Below are positions 20,347 through 30,268 of a stretch of DNA of 64,000 bases, in pieces. Origin of the DNA: an uncultured Christensenella sp. (lineage in GTDB: Bacteria; Bacillota; Clostridia; Christensenellales; UBA3700); the NCBI GenBank assembly GCA_910584975.1, contig CAJUEA010000001.1, positions 205,651-269,650 of the forward strand, read 5' to 3'. Below the pieces are notes generated by a model that saw only the letters and a program-made list of their open reading frames with translations, ran no database searches and was not told the DNA's origin. The position numbers and the translations under genes are program-made. Position 1 is the stretch's first letter; the number at the start of each line of letters is the position of its first letter.

Positions 20347-21114
20347 ATGCAAGATAAATTGGTGATTGGAGGAAAGGAGTTTAACTCAAGGTTCATATTA
20401 GGTTCGGGCAAATTTTCACTAAAGTTTATGCAATCGGTAATTGACAATGCCGAGGTGGAAATGGTTACGGTTGCGCTGCGCAGAGCAAACATTGGTGGGG
20501 AGAATAATATTTTGGATTATATCCCAAAAAATATAACATTGTTGCCAAACACTTCAGGCGCAAGAACTGCTGAAGAGGCTGTGCGAATTGCAAGACTTGC
20601 AAGAGAAATTGGCTGTGGCGATTTTGTGAAACTTGAGATAATTGGAGATAGCAAATACCTTTTGCCAAACAACAGCGAAACAATAAAAGCAACTGAAATT
20701 TTGGCAAATGAAGGTTTTATTGTTATGCCTTATATGTATCCAGATTTGTATGTTGCAAGAGATTTGCAACTTGCAGGAGCAAGTGCTGTTATGCCTCTTG
20801 CTGCACCAATCGGAACAAACAAAGGTCTTAGAACAAAAGATTTTATCAAAATTTTGGTGGACGAAATTGATTTGCCTATCATTGTGGATGCGGGCATTGG
20901 CAAACCTTCTGAAGCGTGCGAGGCAATGGAAATGGGGGTAAGTGCGATTATGGCAAACACTGCAATTGCAACAGCAGGCAATGTGGATATGATGGCAGCA
21001 AGCTTTAAAAATGCAATTATTGCAGGGAGAATGGCTTTTCTTGCAAAAACAGGAAGAGTGCTTGAAAACAAAGCTGAGGCATCCAGCCCGTTGACAGGCT
21101 TTTTGGAGGATTAA
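20347..21114 (+). CDS. thiG: thiazole synthase
   Basis: 255 aa. TLLPNTSG and VMPLAAPIG motifs. AAGGAG RBS. Confidence 0.92.
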   Translation: MQDKLVIGGKEFNSRFILGSGKFSLKFMQSVIDNAEVEMVTVALRRANIGGENNILDYIPKNITLLPNTSGARTAEEAVRIARLAREIGCGDFVKLEIIGDSKYLLPNNSETIKATEILANEGFIVMPYMYPDLYVARDLQLAGASAVMPLAAPIGTNKGLRTKDFIKILVDEIDLPIIVDAGIGKPSEACEAMEMGVSAIMANTAIATAGNVDMMAASFKNAIIAGRMAFLAKTGRVLENKAEASSPLTGFLED

Positions 21115-22272
21115 ATGAAAAATTGTGATACTGATATTATGCAATATCTTGATGGAATGCAAGTGACCAGTCACGAGATTTTGGATAAAGTGGAAAATCT
21201 TTATAACAATTTTGACTATAACACTTTTACTAAGGCTGATGTAAAAAATGCATTGAGTAAAGATGTGCTTTCAATTTCTGATTATGCAGCACTTTTATCG
21301 CCTGCTGCAGATGAATTTTTGGAGCAAATGGCAATTCGTGCAAAGCAGGAAACTTTCAAACATTTTGGAAACAGCGTTGGGCTTTATACTCCACTTTATA
21401 TTGCCAATTATTGCGAAAATCATTGTGTTTATTGTGGTTTTAATTGTATGAATAAAATACATCGTGCTGTGCTTTCTGAACAAGAGATTGATGACGAGCT
21501 TAAAGCCATTGCAAATCAAGGTTTTAAAGAAATATTATTGCTTACAGGCGAGAGCAGAAAAAAATCAAGTGTGGAGTATATCGGCAAAGCTATTACTATT
21601 GCAAAAAAATATTTTGCAACAATCGGCATTGAAATTTATCCTCTTAATAGCGACGAATATGCATATTTGAATAAGCTTGGAGCAGATTATGTAAGTGTTT
21701 ATCAAGAAACTTACAACAGGCAAAAATATGCCGAACAACATCTTATAGGTTCAAAAAGAGTTTTTCCTTATCGCTTTAATGCACAGGAGAGAGCCTTGCA
21801 AGGTGGTATGCGTGGGGTTTGCTTTGGTGCATTGCTTGGTTTGGATGATTGGCGTAAGGATGCCTTTGCAGTTGGGTGCCACGCATATTTGTTGCAAAAA
21901 AAATATCCACATGCAGAGATTAGTTTCAGTTGTCCTCGAATGAGGCCGTTTATCAATAATAGTGAAAACAATCCTAAAGATGTGCACGAAAGACAACTTT
22001 TGCAAGTTATTTTGGCGTACAGAATCTTTATGCCGTTTGCAAGCATAAACATTTCAACGCGAGAGCAACAATCTTTCCGTGATGGCGTTGTAGGTATGGC
22101 GTGCAATAAAATTTCAGCAGGTTCAAAAACTGGAGTGGGTGGGCACAACGGAAATGAAAAGGGGGACGAGCAATTTGACATTTCTGACCCAAGAGACTTG
22201 GTACAAATCAATCAAATGCTTGAGAGCAAAGGTCTGCAACCAGTCTACACAGATAGTCAGTATTTGATTTAG
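21115..22272 (+). CDS. thiH: 2-iminoacetate synthase (tyrosine lyase), radical SAM
   Basis: CENHCVYCGF radical-SAM cluster. Follows thiG directly. Confidence 0.9.
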   Translation: MKNCDTDIMQYLDGMQVTSHEILDKVENLYNNFDYNTFTKADVKNALSKDVLSISDYAALLSPAADEFLEQMAIRAKQETFKHFGNSVGLYTPLYIANYCENHCVYCGFNCMNKIHRAVLSEQEIDDELKAIANQGFKEILLLTGESRKKSSVEYIGKAITIAKKYFATIGIEIYPLNSDEYAYLNKLGADYVSVYQETYNRQKYAEQHLIGSKRVFPYRFNAQERALQGGMRGVCFGALLGLDDWRKDAFAVGCHAYLLQKKYPHAEISFSCPRMRPFINNSENNPKDVHERQLLQVILAYRIFMPFASINISTREQQSFRDGVVGMACNKISAGSKTGVGGHNGNEKGDEQFDISDPRDLVQINQMLESKGLQPVYTDSQYLI

Positions 22273-22365
22273 GCAAAATATTTAATTGACTTTGAATATT
22301 GAGTTATTATTTAATATAAAAAATTGCAGTTTGAAAACTAAAAATAACAAATCAAAAGGTGTAAA

Positions 22366-22917
22366 ATGATAATTTTTACGGATAGAAAAAGTGCAAAAAT
22401 GCCACTTGAAAAGGTGGTGGAAAATTGTATAATAAAGTACAAGCCAAATGCAATTTATTTGCGTGAAAAAGACTTGAGTGATGAAGAATATGCTTTGCTT
22501 GCACAAAAAATAATGCCATTATGTAAGCAAAGTGATACGGCATTTTACATTTGTGAAAGAGAGGAAATTGCAAAAAGTCTTGGGGTTAAAAATTTGCATA
22601 TTAGCGTGAAAAATATTTCAAAAATCGGTACTATTTGCGAATTTTGCAATATTTCCGTATCAATTCATAATGTGGACGAGGTGAAAACTGCTATTCATGC
22701 AGGTGCCACAAACTTGGTTTTTGGACATATTTTTGAAACGCAGTGCAAACAAGGCTTGCCACCTCGTGGATTATGGCAGCTTGAAGAAATATGTAGGGTA
22801 TCAAATGTTCCCGTTGTTGCAATCGGTGGAATAAATTCGCAAAATTGTAACAAAGTACTTGAGTGTGGTGCAAGTGATTTTGCAATCATGAGCAGTGCAA
22901 TGAAATCAACTTTTTAA
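22366..22917 (+). CDS. tenI: TenI/ThiE-family protein (thiazole tautomerase-like)
   Basis: 183 aa. Second ThiE-fold paralogue (VVAIGGIN motif) at the end of the thiSFGH operon. Confidence 0.65.
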   Translation: MIIFTDRKSAKMPLEKVVENCIIKYKPNAIYLREKDLSDEEYALLAQKIMPLCKQSDTAFYICEREEIAKSLGVKNLHISVKNISKIGTICEFCNISVSIHNVDEVKTAIHAGATNLVFGHIFETQCKQGLPPRGLWQLEEICRVSNVPVVAIGGINSQNCNKVLECGASDFAIMSSAMKSTF

Positions 22918-22991
22918 AGTAATTGTATTTTTGCTGACATATAAGTTTTTCAAGTATAGCATTATATGCTCAACATGTCAATGCTATGGTC

Positions 22992-23029
22992 ATTCCGAGT
23001 TTGTCAAGGAATCTCCAACTTGGCTTGTT
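22992..23029 (+). repeat. 38-nt hairpin repeat, copy A
   Basis: attccgagtttgtcaaggaatctccaacttggcttgtt. About 33/38 identical to 30008-30045. ATTCC/GGAAT stem. Confidence 0.7.
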
Positions 23030-23179
23030 AAATAAAGAAAAATGTAATTTTTATTATTGCGATTGCATAAAAGCGTATTAAGTCGTATATGTTATTTTTA
23101 ATAAATGATTGCAATAAGTGATTCGATATCGGTAAATTTGACATTATTTTATAATCTAAAAATAAAAAGAAAAAAAGTC

Positions 23180-23208
23180 TTTACAATTTATTAAAAATGT
23201 TATATACT
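23180..23208 (+). promoter_or_regulatory. sigma-A-type promoter of the thiD-thiC operon
   Basis: TTTACA, 17 nt, TATACT, immediately upstream of the TPP riboswitch. Confidence 0.5.
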
Positions 23209-23211
23209 AAT

Positions 23212-23292
23212 TGTGCAGGGGTACTCTTTTTGAGTTGAGAGGGCAAATGCCCAACCCTTTGAACCTGTTGGTTAATACCAGTGAAGGGAGCA
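23212..23292 (+). promoter_or_regulatory. TPP (THI-box) riboswitch
   Basis: cagggg...ttgagag...accctttgaacctgttggttaataccagtgaagggag matches the THI element core. Followed by a hairpin plus T-run (about 23310-23340). Confidence 0.9.
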
Positions 23293-23346
23293 AAATATAA
23301 CAATTTTGACCCACCTTTAATGGAGGGTTATTTTTTTGGAGGGATT

Positions 23347-24132
23347 ATGCGTACAGCGCTTACGATTGCAGGCTCAGATTGCAGTGGTGGTGCCGGAGTT
23401 CAGGCAGATTTGAAAACAATGTCCGCACACGGCGTTTTTGGAATGAGCGTTATTGTTGCAGTGGTTGCAGAAAACACTGCTAGGGTAATTTCCATTCAAG
23501 ATATGCCTTCACAAATAATATGCGACCAAATGACAGCTGTGTTTGAGGATATAAAAGTTGATGCAGTCAAAATTGGTATGTTATCCAGTCCTGAATGTAT
23601 AAACAGCGTTTACAAAAAACTTTTGGAGTATAAACCACAAAACATTGTTGTTGACCCTGTAATGTATGCAAAAAATGGTTCTCCACTAATGCCAGAGGAA
23701 AGCATAAAAGTGCTTTTAGAAACTATTGTTCCACTTGCCACAGTGATTACTCCAAACATCCCAGAGGCAGAGTGCATTGCAAAAATGTCAATTTCAAGCA
23801 GGCAAGATATGATGACTGCTTGCAAAAAAATATATTCCACAGGTGTGAAAAATGTGCTTGTCAAAGGTGGACATTATGACGGCGAGGCAATGGATATTTT
23901 GTTTGACGGCAAGCAATTTTACACTTTTGTGACAGAAAGGATAAACACAAAAAACACGCACGGTACAGGTTGCACCTTGTCAAGCAGCATTGCAAGCAAC
24001 CTTGCTTTGGGGCATAATGTTTATGAAAGTGTAAAGCTTGCAAAGGAATATGTAACAGGTGCAATCAAACATTCATTGGAGATTGGTAAAGGCAATGGCC
24101 CAACCAATCATTTTTGGAAAATTTTTGAATAA
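23347..24132 (+). CDS. thiD: hydroxymethylpyrimidine/phosphomethylpyrimidine kinase
   Basis: Start at ATG 23347 after GGAGGG. ALTIAGSDCSGGAGVQADLKT motif. Confidence 0.9.
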   Translation: MRTALTIAGSDCSGGAGVQADLKTMSAHGVFGMSVIVAVVAENTARVISIQDMPSQIICDQMTAVFEDIKVDAVKIGMLSSPECINSVYKKLLEYKPQNIVVDPVMYAKNGSPLMPEESIKVLLETIVPLATVITPNIPEAECIAKMSISSRQDMMTACKKIYSTGVKNVLVKGGHYDGEAMDILFDGKQFYTFVTERINTKNTHGTGCTLSSSIASNLALGHNVYESVKLAKEYVTGAIKHSLEIGKGNGPTNHFWKIFE

Positions 24133-24135
24133 TCA

Positions 24136-24152
24136 GTCAAAAATCGGTATTA
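24136..24152 (+). repeat. recurrent 17-nt motif copy (gtcaaaaatcggtatta)
   Basis: thiD-thiC intercistronic region. Sits in the spacer of TTGAAT(24125)-17-TATTAT(24148). Confidence 0.7.
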
Positions 24153-24195
24153 TTTTAGGCTTTTTGCCTGAAAAAGTAAGCAAATCGGAGGAAAT

Positions 24196-25512
24196 ATGAA
24201 AAATTATTCAACACAAATGGAGGCAGCTAAAAAAGGAATAACAACTCCTGCAATGGAGATTGTTGCTGAAAAAGAGAGGATATCTCCACAAGAGATAATG
24301 CGTAAGGTTGCTTGTGGGGAGGTTTCCATTCCTTGCAATATCAATCACAAAAATTTGTCGCCTGAAGGTGTGGGCAGTGGACTTAAAACAAAAGTCAATG
24401 TCAATCTTGGAGTGTCAGGGGATTTGCACGATTATGATATTGAAATGCAAAAAGTGGATATCGCGTTGAAATATGGTGCAGAAGGCATTATGGATTTGTC
24501 AAATTGTGGAAAAACAAATGTGTTTAGACAAAAATTAATAGATAAATCCACTGCAATGATTGGAACAGTGCCAATGTACGATGCAATTGGCTATCTTGAA
24601 AAAGATTTGATGGATATCACTGCTGAGGACTTTTTGAGAGTGGTTGAGGCACACGCCGAGCAAGGTGTTGATTTTGTAACCATTCACGCAGGAATCAACA
24701 AAAGAGTTGTGGAAGGTTTTATGCGTGAAGGCAGAAGAATGAATATTGTGTCAAGGGGTGGTTCACTTTTGTTTGCTTGGATGCAAATGACTGGCAATGA
24801 AAATCCATTTTTTGAGCATTATGACAAGGTGCTTGACATTTTGCGAAAATATGATGTTACAATAAGCCTTGGCGATGCAATGCGTCCCGGTTGCATTGAC
24901 GACAGCACAGATAGCGGACAAATTGGCGAGTTGATTGAGCTTGGTTACTTGACAAAGCGTGCGTGGGAAAAAGATGTTCAAGTTATGATTGAAGGACCGG
25001 GGCACATGGCTCTTAATGAAATTGCAAGCAATATGCAAATGGAAAAAAAGCTTTGCCACAATGCACCTTTTTATGTGTTAGGACCACTTGTTACTGATAT
25101 TGCCCCAGGGTATGACCACATTACATCGGCTATTGGTGGTGCAATTGCTGCATCAAATGGCGCAGACTTTTTGTGTTATGTAACGCCAGCTGAACATTTG
25201 AGATTGCCTGATGTGAATGATGTGCGAGAAGGTTTGATTGCAACCAAAATTGCTGCACACGCAGCAGATATTGCAAAAGGTATTCCTTATGCAAGAGAAA
25301 TTGACAACAAAATGTCCGATTGCAGACACAAAGTGGATTATGAAGGAATGTTCAAATACGCAATTGACCCCGAAAAAGCAAGAGCTTATTATGAAAGCGT
25401 TCCACCAAAAAACAGACATACTTGCTCTATGTGTGGCAAAATGTGCGCAATAAGAACGACAAATATGATTTTGGATGGCAAAAAAGTTGAATTGCAAGAG
25501 GAAAACAAATGA
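24196..25512 (+). CDS. thiC: phosphomethylpyrimidine synthase
   Basis: 438 aa. Conserved ThiC body and C-terminal CSMCG cluster. GGAGGA RBS. Confidence 0.93.
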   Translation: MKNYSTQMEAAKKGITTPAMEIVAEKERISPQEIMRKVACGEVSIPCNINHKNLSPEGVGSGLKTKVNVNLGVSGDLHDYDIEMQKVDIALKYGAEGIMDLSNCGKTNVFRQKLIDKSTAMIGTVPMYDAIGYLEKDLMDITAEDFLRVVEAHAEQGVDFVTIHAGINKRVVEGFMREGRRMNIVSRGGSLLFAWMQMTGNENPFFEHYDKVLDILRKYDVTISLGDAMRPGCIDDSTDSGQIGELIELGYLTKRAWEKDVQVMIEGPGHMALNEIASNMQMEKKLCHNAPFYVLGPLVTDIAPGYDHITSAIGGAIAASNGADFLCYVTPAEHLRLPDVNDVREGLIATKIAAHAADIAKGIPYAREIDNKMSDCRHKVDYEGMFKYAIDPEKARAYYESVPPKNRHTCSMCGKMCAIRTTNMILDGKKVELQEENK

Positions 25513-26159
25513 AATTGACAGACAAAATAAAATATGCTGTGTTTGATTTGGATGGCACTTTGTTTGACTCAATGTGGCTTTGGAAAAAGATTGATTATGA
25601 TTATCTTGCAAAGCGTGGGGTGCAAGTGCCTGACGACTATATGAAATGCATAAATCATATGAGCGTAATTGACACGGCTTTATATTCGATAGAACGCTTT
25701 AATCTTAAGGATACACCCGAGCAGCTTATTAGTGAATGGCTAGAAATGGCAAAACAGGCGTATTGTGAACAAATATTGCTAAAACCCTATGCGTTAGAAT
25801 TTTTGCAAATGTTAAAGCAAAAAGATATTCATATGTCAGTTGCAACCTCTTTGAGTTTAGAGCTTGCATTGCCTGCGTTGAAAAGAAATGGAATTTTGGA
25901 ATTTTTTGACAATGTTGTTAACAGCGAGCAAGTAAAGCGTGGCAAAGGATTTCCAGATATTTATCTCAAAGCAATAAGTCACACACAGTTTGAACCGTCA
26001 GAGTGTGTTGTGTTTGAGGATATTTTGCAAGGCGTAAAAGGTGCAAAAGCAGGTGGATTTTATGTGGTAGGTGTTTATGATAAGGAATCTGAACAAGACC
26101 ACAATCAAATGAAAGAAATTGCAAATATGTTCATAAATAATTTTGGAGATTTAATGTGA
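25509..26159 (+). CDS. HAD-IA family phosphatase
   Basis: [10 protein letters not shown] motif I. ATGA overlap with the thiC stop, so co-transcribed with thiDC. Confidence 0.8.
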   Translation: MKLTDKIKYAVFDLDGTLFDSMWLWKKIDYDYLAKRGVQVPDDYMKCINHMSVIDTALYSIERFNLKDTPEQLISEWLEMAKQAYCEQILLKPYALEFLQMLKQKDIHMSVATSLSLELALPALKRNGILEFFDNVVNSEQVKRGKGFPDIYLKAISHTQFEPSECVVFEDILQGVKGAKAGGFYVVGVYDKESEQDHNQMKEIANMFINNFGDLM

Positions 26160-26160
26160 A

Positions 26161-26192
26161 AAGGCTGATTGTATCAGTCTTATTTTTGCAAT
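26161..26192 (+). terminator. intrinsic terminator
   Basis: Stem aggctga/tcagtct (one G-U pair) followed by a T-run. Confidence 0.6.
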
Positions 26193-26455
26193 TTTTGCTT
26201 TTTAATTATCATTATTTGTTTCTAAATTGATAAAACGATATATTTAGTTGAGCAATTATTTAATAATATTGTATAAGTATAGTTTAGAATTTAATTGTCA
26301 AAGCAACCAAATAATTAAAATACAGAAGCAAATCATTCAGCAATTTGGTAATATTTTCCGAAATAATCAAATTTTGATGAAAAATAATATATTTTATATT
26401 AAAAACACTTGCAAATTTTGTGCAAAAAGTTTAATATTGCGATAGGAGGTGGAAT

Positions 26456-27415
26456 ATGCAGGTTCTAATAACTACTGCAATTGCTGTTGCAACAATGCTG
26501 GCATATGCAGTGCCGGGTTTTTTGACAATAAAATGTAAATTGATAAAACCGGAAAGTATATCTGCCTTTTCGGTTATGCTTATGTATGTTTGTCAACCTA
26601 TGCTGACAATCACATCTTTTTTGAATGCAACTTTTTCTTTGAATTTCTTTTGGCAAATGGTTGTTGCATTTGTGCTTGCTGCAGTTTTGCAACTTGGAGT
26701 CATTTTGATTGCTTATGCTTGTTTGAAAAAGCAATACGAAAAAGATATTAAGTATCGCGTGGCAACAGTAGCAACTGCGTTTGGTAATTGTGGATTTATG
26801 GGAGTGCCACTTTTGCAAGCAATTATGCCTGAGGCTGTCAGGGGTAATGCAGTGGTATTGTCAGTTATGTTTTTGTTTGGATTGAACCTTATCGGTTGGA
26901 CTTTTGCATCCTATCTTATCAGTGGAGACAAAAAGTTTATCAGTGCAAAAAAGGCTTTTATCAATCCTGCAATGCTAGGCTTAGTGATTGGCTTGCCACT
27001 TTTTATTTGTGGTGTCAAGCTTCCAACAGAAATTTATAGTTGTGTGGAACTGCTTGGAAAAATGACAACTCCACTTTGTATGATAATTTTGGGTATGCGA
27101 CTTGCCACCATAACTTTGAAGGAAATGTTTTGTTCGCCATTTCAATATGCCATTGTGGGAATAAAGCAACTTGCTATGCCAATGCTTGGAATGTTGCTTG
27201 TGTGGTTCATTCCGTTGGATTTTTATATTCGTCAAACGCTGTTTATTTTGGCTGCCACTCCTGTTGCAAGCATAACTTTAAACTTTGCAGAAATGCTTGG
27301 CAAAGGACAAAAAACTGCTGCAAATCTTGTTTTGCTTGGCACAATCCTCAGCCTTTTGACTCTGCCACTTATGGCTTTGATTATGAATGCTGTGCCTGAT
27401 ATATATGCAGGTTAA
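26456..27415 (+). CDS. AEC (auxin efflux carrier) family transporter
   Basis: 319 aa with about 10 TM helices. AGGAGG RBS. Confidence 0.75.
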   Translation: MQVLITTAIAVATMLAYAVPGFLTIKCKLIKPESISAFSVMLMYVCQPMLTITSFLNATFSLNFFWQMVVAFVLAAVLQLGVILIAYACLKKQYEKDIKYRVATVATAFGNCGFMGVPLLQAIMPEAVRGNAVVLSVMFLFGLNLIGWTFASYLISGDKKFISAKKAFINPAMLGLVIGLPLFICGVKLPTEIYSCVELLGKMTTPLCMIILGMRLATITLKEMFCSPFQYAIVGIKQLAMPMLGMLLVWFIPLDFYIRQTLFILAATPVASITLNFAEMLGKGQKTAANLVLLGTILSLLTLPLMALIMNAVPDIYAG

Positions 27416-27634
27416 GTTCTACCATATCACAGATAATAATGTAAAATAATAATTTTGCGAAAAATTTTGTCTATTTTGTGCATTATTTTAATGTTAAATA
27501 AATAATAAAGTAATAATTGTACATATTAAATTGTATATAAAGCTGTAAATTACAGATGATTTTTACAAAAAATTTAAATTTTTGGTAAAATTTTCTTGCT
27601 AAACAAAAAAAATAAAAAAAATTTCTAAAAAAGT

Positions 27635-27663
27635 ATTGACATTTATTGATAAGTGATATAATA
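27635..27663 (+). promoter_or_regulatory. sigma-A-type promoter
   Basis: TTGACA 27635-27640, then TGaTATAAT (15-nt spacer) or TAATAT (17-nt spacer). Confidence 0.5.
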
Positions 27664-27695
27664 TATTGCAATGAAGCATAACGAAGGGGGGTAAT

Positions 27696-28226
27696 ATGCC
27701 TAGATACAAAAAATGTCCTAGATGCGAACTGAACTATATTTTGGAAGAGGAAGATTATTGCGAAGTTTGCAAGGCTGAATTGAAAGGAATAGATACAAAT
27801 ATTGAGGATGAAGAGGAAGTTCTTTGCCCAAGGTGTAAGCAAAATTATGTTGAACCAGGCGAGAAATATTGCTCTGCATGCTTGCAAAAAATGCAAGGCG
27901 ATTGGGATGAGGATGTGAAAGCCGAAGTGGAAGAGGATGAAGATTTGACATCACTTTCTGAAATGGAAGAGCAAGAATGGGCTGACGACGAAATGGATTC
28001 CTTCGATGATGATGACGGCTTTGGCAATGAGGCAGACTTTATTGATATTGAAGACGACTTTGACGGAAAGGACGAGGAGTCTGAATATGAAGGTGAGGAT
28101 GACTTTGAGGAAGACGAGCTAGAAAAAGACTTTGAAGAAGTTGAAAAATTGCAAGAGTTTGGCGACTTTGATGAGGACGAAGAGGATCTTGACGAAGATT
28201 TTTCTGACGACGCTGATAATTTGTAA
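27696..28226 (+). CDS. zinc-ribbon protein with a poly-acidic C-terminal tail (hypothetical)
   Basis: CPRC...CEVC and CPRC...CSAC pairs in the first 65 aa. The remaining ~110 aa are almost entirely D/E. Confidence 0.6.
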   Translation: MPRYKKCPRCELNYILEEEDYCEVCKAELKGIDTNIEDEEEVLCPRCKQNYVEPGEKYCSACLQKMQGDWDEDVKAEVEEDEDLTSLSEMEEQEWADDEMDSFDDDDGFGNEADFIDIEDDFDGKDEESEYEGEDDFEEDELEKDFEEVEKLQEFGDFDEDEEDLDEDFSDDADNL

Positions 28227-28330
28227 TTTGATTGCAAATTTACTGCTTTTGATATAGAGCTTAATGCTATAAAATTTTAACTGCTTGTAAGGTTATTATA
28301 TAAATTTGTTAATTAAAATTACTATAAAAC

Positions 28331-28363
28331 AAAAGAATGATTTCGCTTGAAATCATTCTTTTT
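28331..28363. terminator. bidirectional intrinsic terminator
   Basis: Stem aaaagaatgattt/aaatcattctttt between convergent genes. Confidence 0.8.
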
Positions 28364-28411
28364 GCTTGAATTAACGTTTTGATGCAAGTTTTACTTTATA
28401 TTACAAATTTA

Positions 28412-28750
28412 TTAAAGAACATTGAAAATTTTCATTGCGTTCTTTTCTTTAGCACGCTTGTATGAAACAAAGATGTCAACAAGAGGCCAAATACCACAAG
28501 TAACCCAACCAAGCAAAAGTTTAGCAATGCCAAGACCTGTGTCGCCAATCATAAATCTGTCTACACCAAATCCACCCAAGAAGATAGAAAACAACAAAAT
28601 GTGTGTAGGGTTGTACAAATTCATTGCACAGATTGTGCTCATAACAGAGTCATCGCACTCTTCAAGTTTTTGCTTCAACAAAATAGTTTTGTCTTCAGGA
28701 ATCTTGCCACTTAGGCTCATCAATAATTGATTAACATTCTCTTTAGTCAT
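28412..28750 (-). CDS. TM2 domain-containing membrane protein
   Basis: FLGGFGVDRFMIGDTGLGIAKLL TM2 motif. Start at ATG 28750 after GGAGG. Confidence 0.75.
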   Translation of the reverse strand: MTKENVNQLLMSLSGKIPEDKTILLKQKLEECDDSVMSTICAMNLYNPTHILLFSIFLGGFGVDRFMIGDTGLGIAKLLLGWVTCGIWPLVDIFVSYKRAKEKNAMKIFNVL

Positions 28751-28896
28751 AAAAACCTCCAAAAAATACAATTTATATTTTTATCATACGATATGTATTA
28801 TTATAAAGCATAAAATTTAACTTGTCAATACAATATGAATAATTTATACCATTTTTTTTCAGTGTTTTGTATAATTGAAATAAGGGGATTGCCTTG

Positions 28897-29241
28897 ATGG
28901 CAAAGATAGGAGAAATGTTCAGATTAAAAGAATTACGAGAGGAAAATGGCCTAAAAAGAAGTGAGCTGGCAAGAGCATTGAATATTAATGCAGGAACAAT
29001 AGCAAATTACGAAAACGAAATTCGTGAAGCACCTTATGAATATCTTGTGTTGTTTGCAAATTATTTTGATGTCAGCATTGATTACTTGCTTGGGAAGGAA
29101 CCAAAAGAAGAAATTGCAAATCCTTTGTCAGGAGCCTTGACAAGCAATGAAAGACAACTGATTTGCTCTTACAGAATGTTGAATAACAAAGCAAAAGAAA
29201 GAGTAAGCGAGTATATTGGACTTTGGAAAAACAACAACTGA
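28897..29241 (+). CDS. XRE-family helix-turn-helix transcriptional regulator
   Basis: LKELREENGLKRSELARALNINAGTIANYENE HTH_3-like segment. Confidence 0.8.
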   Translation: MAKIGEMFRLKELREENGLKRSELARALNINAGTIANYENEIREAPYEYLVLFANYFDVSIDYLLGKEPKEEIANPLSGALTSNERQLICSYRMLNNKAKERVSEYIGLWKNNN

Positions 29242-29326
29242 TTTGAGGCGCGTTAAGTAAGCGCAGTCATATTTTGTCGCAACCTATTATTATTAATTTA
29301 TCAATAGGTCGCTATATTGTGCGAAT

Positions 29327-29360
29327 AAAAAAAGCAAGCTTTGAAATAGCTTGCTTTTTT
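29327..29360. terminator. bidirectional intrinsic terminator
   Basis: Stem aaagcaagct/agcttgcttt with flanking A7 and T6 runs. Confidence 0.8.
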
Positions 29361-29478
29361 GCTTTTGCCACTATATTTAAGAAAAGTTGAAAGAATTTGA
29401 TTATCAATAATACGCTGTACGGAATAAAAAAATATTTTACTATTAATTTTACTATTAAAATAAATTTTTATTAATATT

Positions 29479-29856
29479 TTATCGGAAAAAAGGTTGAGGA
29501 TAAGTATATAAAATTGACTTGTCACGCACAAAATAAGTAACTATGAAAGCAATTCCTATTATCGCAATAATAATAAAAATTATATATTTTTTTGATGTTT
29601 TTTTCAATATAAGTCGTGAATGACATGAAAATAAAAAGGCGAATGGGAAAAGCCAAAAAAGTGGATGTATCTGCCAAGCTATTGCAAATTTACCTTGAAA
29701 AAAAGCTACAATTGCTCTTGTTATTCCGCAAAGTGGGCAAGGAATGTTGAACAATGCAAAAAGAGGGCAAGGCACAAAGATAACAAAAAGTGCCAAAGCA
29801 GTAAGCATTACCATATGCATCAAAATAATTTTAATAATTTTCTTTTGCATTTTCAA
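29479..29856 (-). CDS. DUF2752 domain membrane protein
   Basis: CPLFALFNIPCPLCGITRA (CPxCGxTR) motif. Confidence 0.75.
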   Translation of the reverse strand: MKMQKKIIKIILMHMVMLTALALFVIFVPCPLFALFNIPCPLCGITRAIVAFFQGKFAIAWQIHPLFWLFPFAFLFSCHSRLILKKTSKKYIIFIIIAIIGIAFIVTYFVRDKSILYTYPQPFFR

Positions 29857-29954
29857 CTTTATTTTGTTTTTTGAAATAAATAATCATACGATTTATTTTA
29901 TTATATTTGTAAAAATCAAATTTGTCAACTCAAATTGTATGATTTTTGGTTGGC

Positions 29955-30050
29955 GAATTTGTCATTCTGAACATAATGGGGTTACCACTTGGATTGTTGA
30001 ATATGTTATTCCGAGTTTATCAAGGAATTTCAGATTTGGCTTGTTGAGTG
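29955..30050 (+). repeat. two tandem ~45-nt hairpin-repeat units (copies B1, B2)
   Basis: gtcattctgaac...cttggattgttga followed by ttattccgagtttatcaaggaatttcagatttggcttgttga. B2 matches copy A at 22992. Confidence 0.65.
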
Positions 30051-30199
30051 GAATAAAAGGTATCATTTTGGAAAGTTAAACAAAAATAAACAAGCTGGGT
30101 GAAAACTTGGCTTGTTTTTTGCTTAAAATCGCAAAAATTTTAGGGATTTTTATTCGCCAAAACAAATGTAAAAAAATGTAAAAAATTTGGCTAAAAATA

Positions 30200-30228
30200 T
30201 TGAATTTTTACACGCAATGTGGTATAAT
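30200..30228 (+). promoter_or_regulatory. sigma-A-type promoter of the TetR gene
   Basis: TTGAAT, 17 nt, TGgTATAAT. Confidence 0.6.
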
Positions 30229-30268
30229 ATTTACATTACAAATGATTTAACTAAAACGGAGTGTTTTT

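Noticed and set aside
26248-26445. 65-aa ORF in the AT-rich region upstream of the AEC transporter
   Set aside because: Starts at a TTG with no obvious RBS, has Ile/Asn/Lys-rich composition typical of random AT-rich DNA, and more likely lies in a promoter region.
29744-30079. 111-aa ORF spanning the tandem hairpin repeats
   Set aside because: It partly overlaps the DUF2752 gene in antisense. Its C-terminus (CHSEHNGV...VIPSLSRNFRFG) is the typical mistranslation of dispersed hairpin repeats. No RBS.
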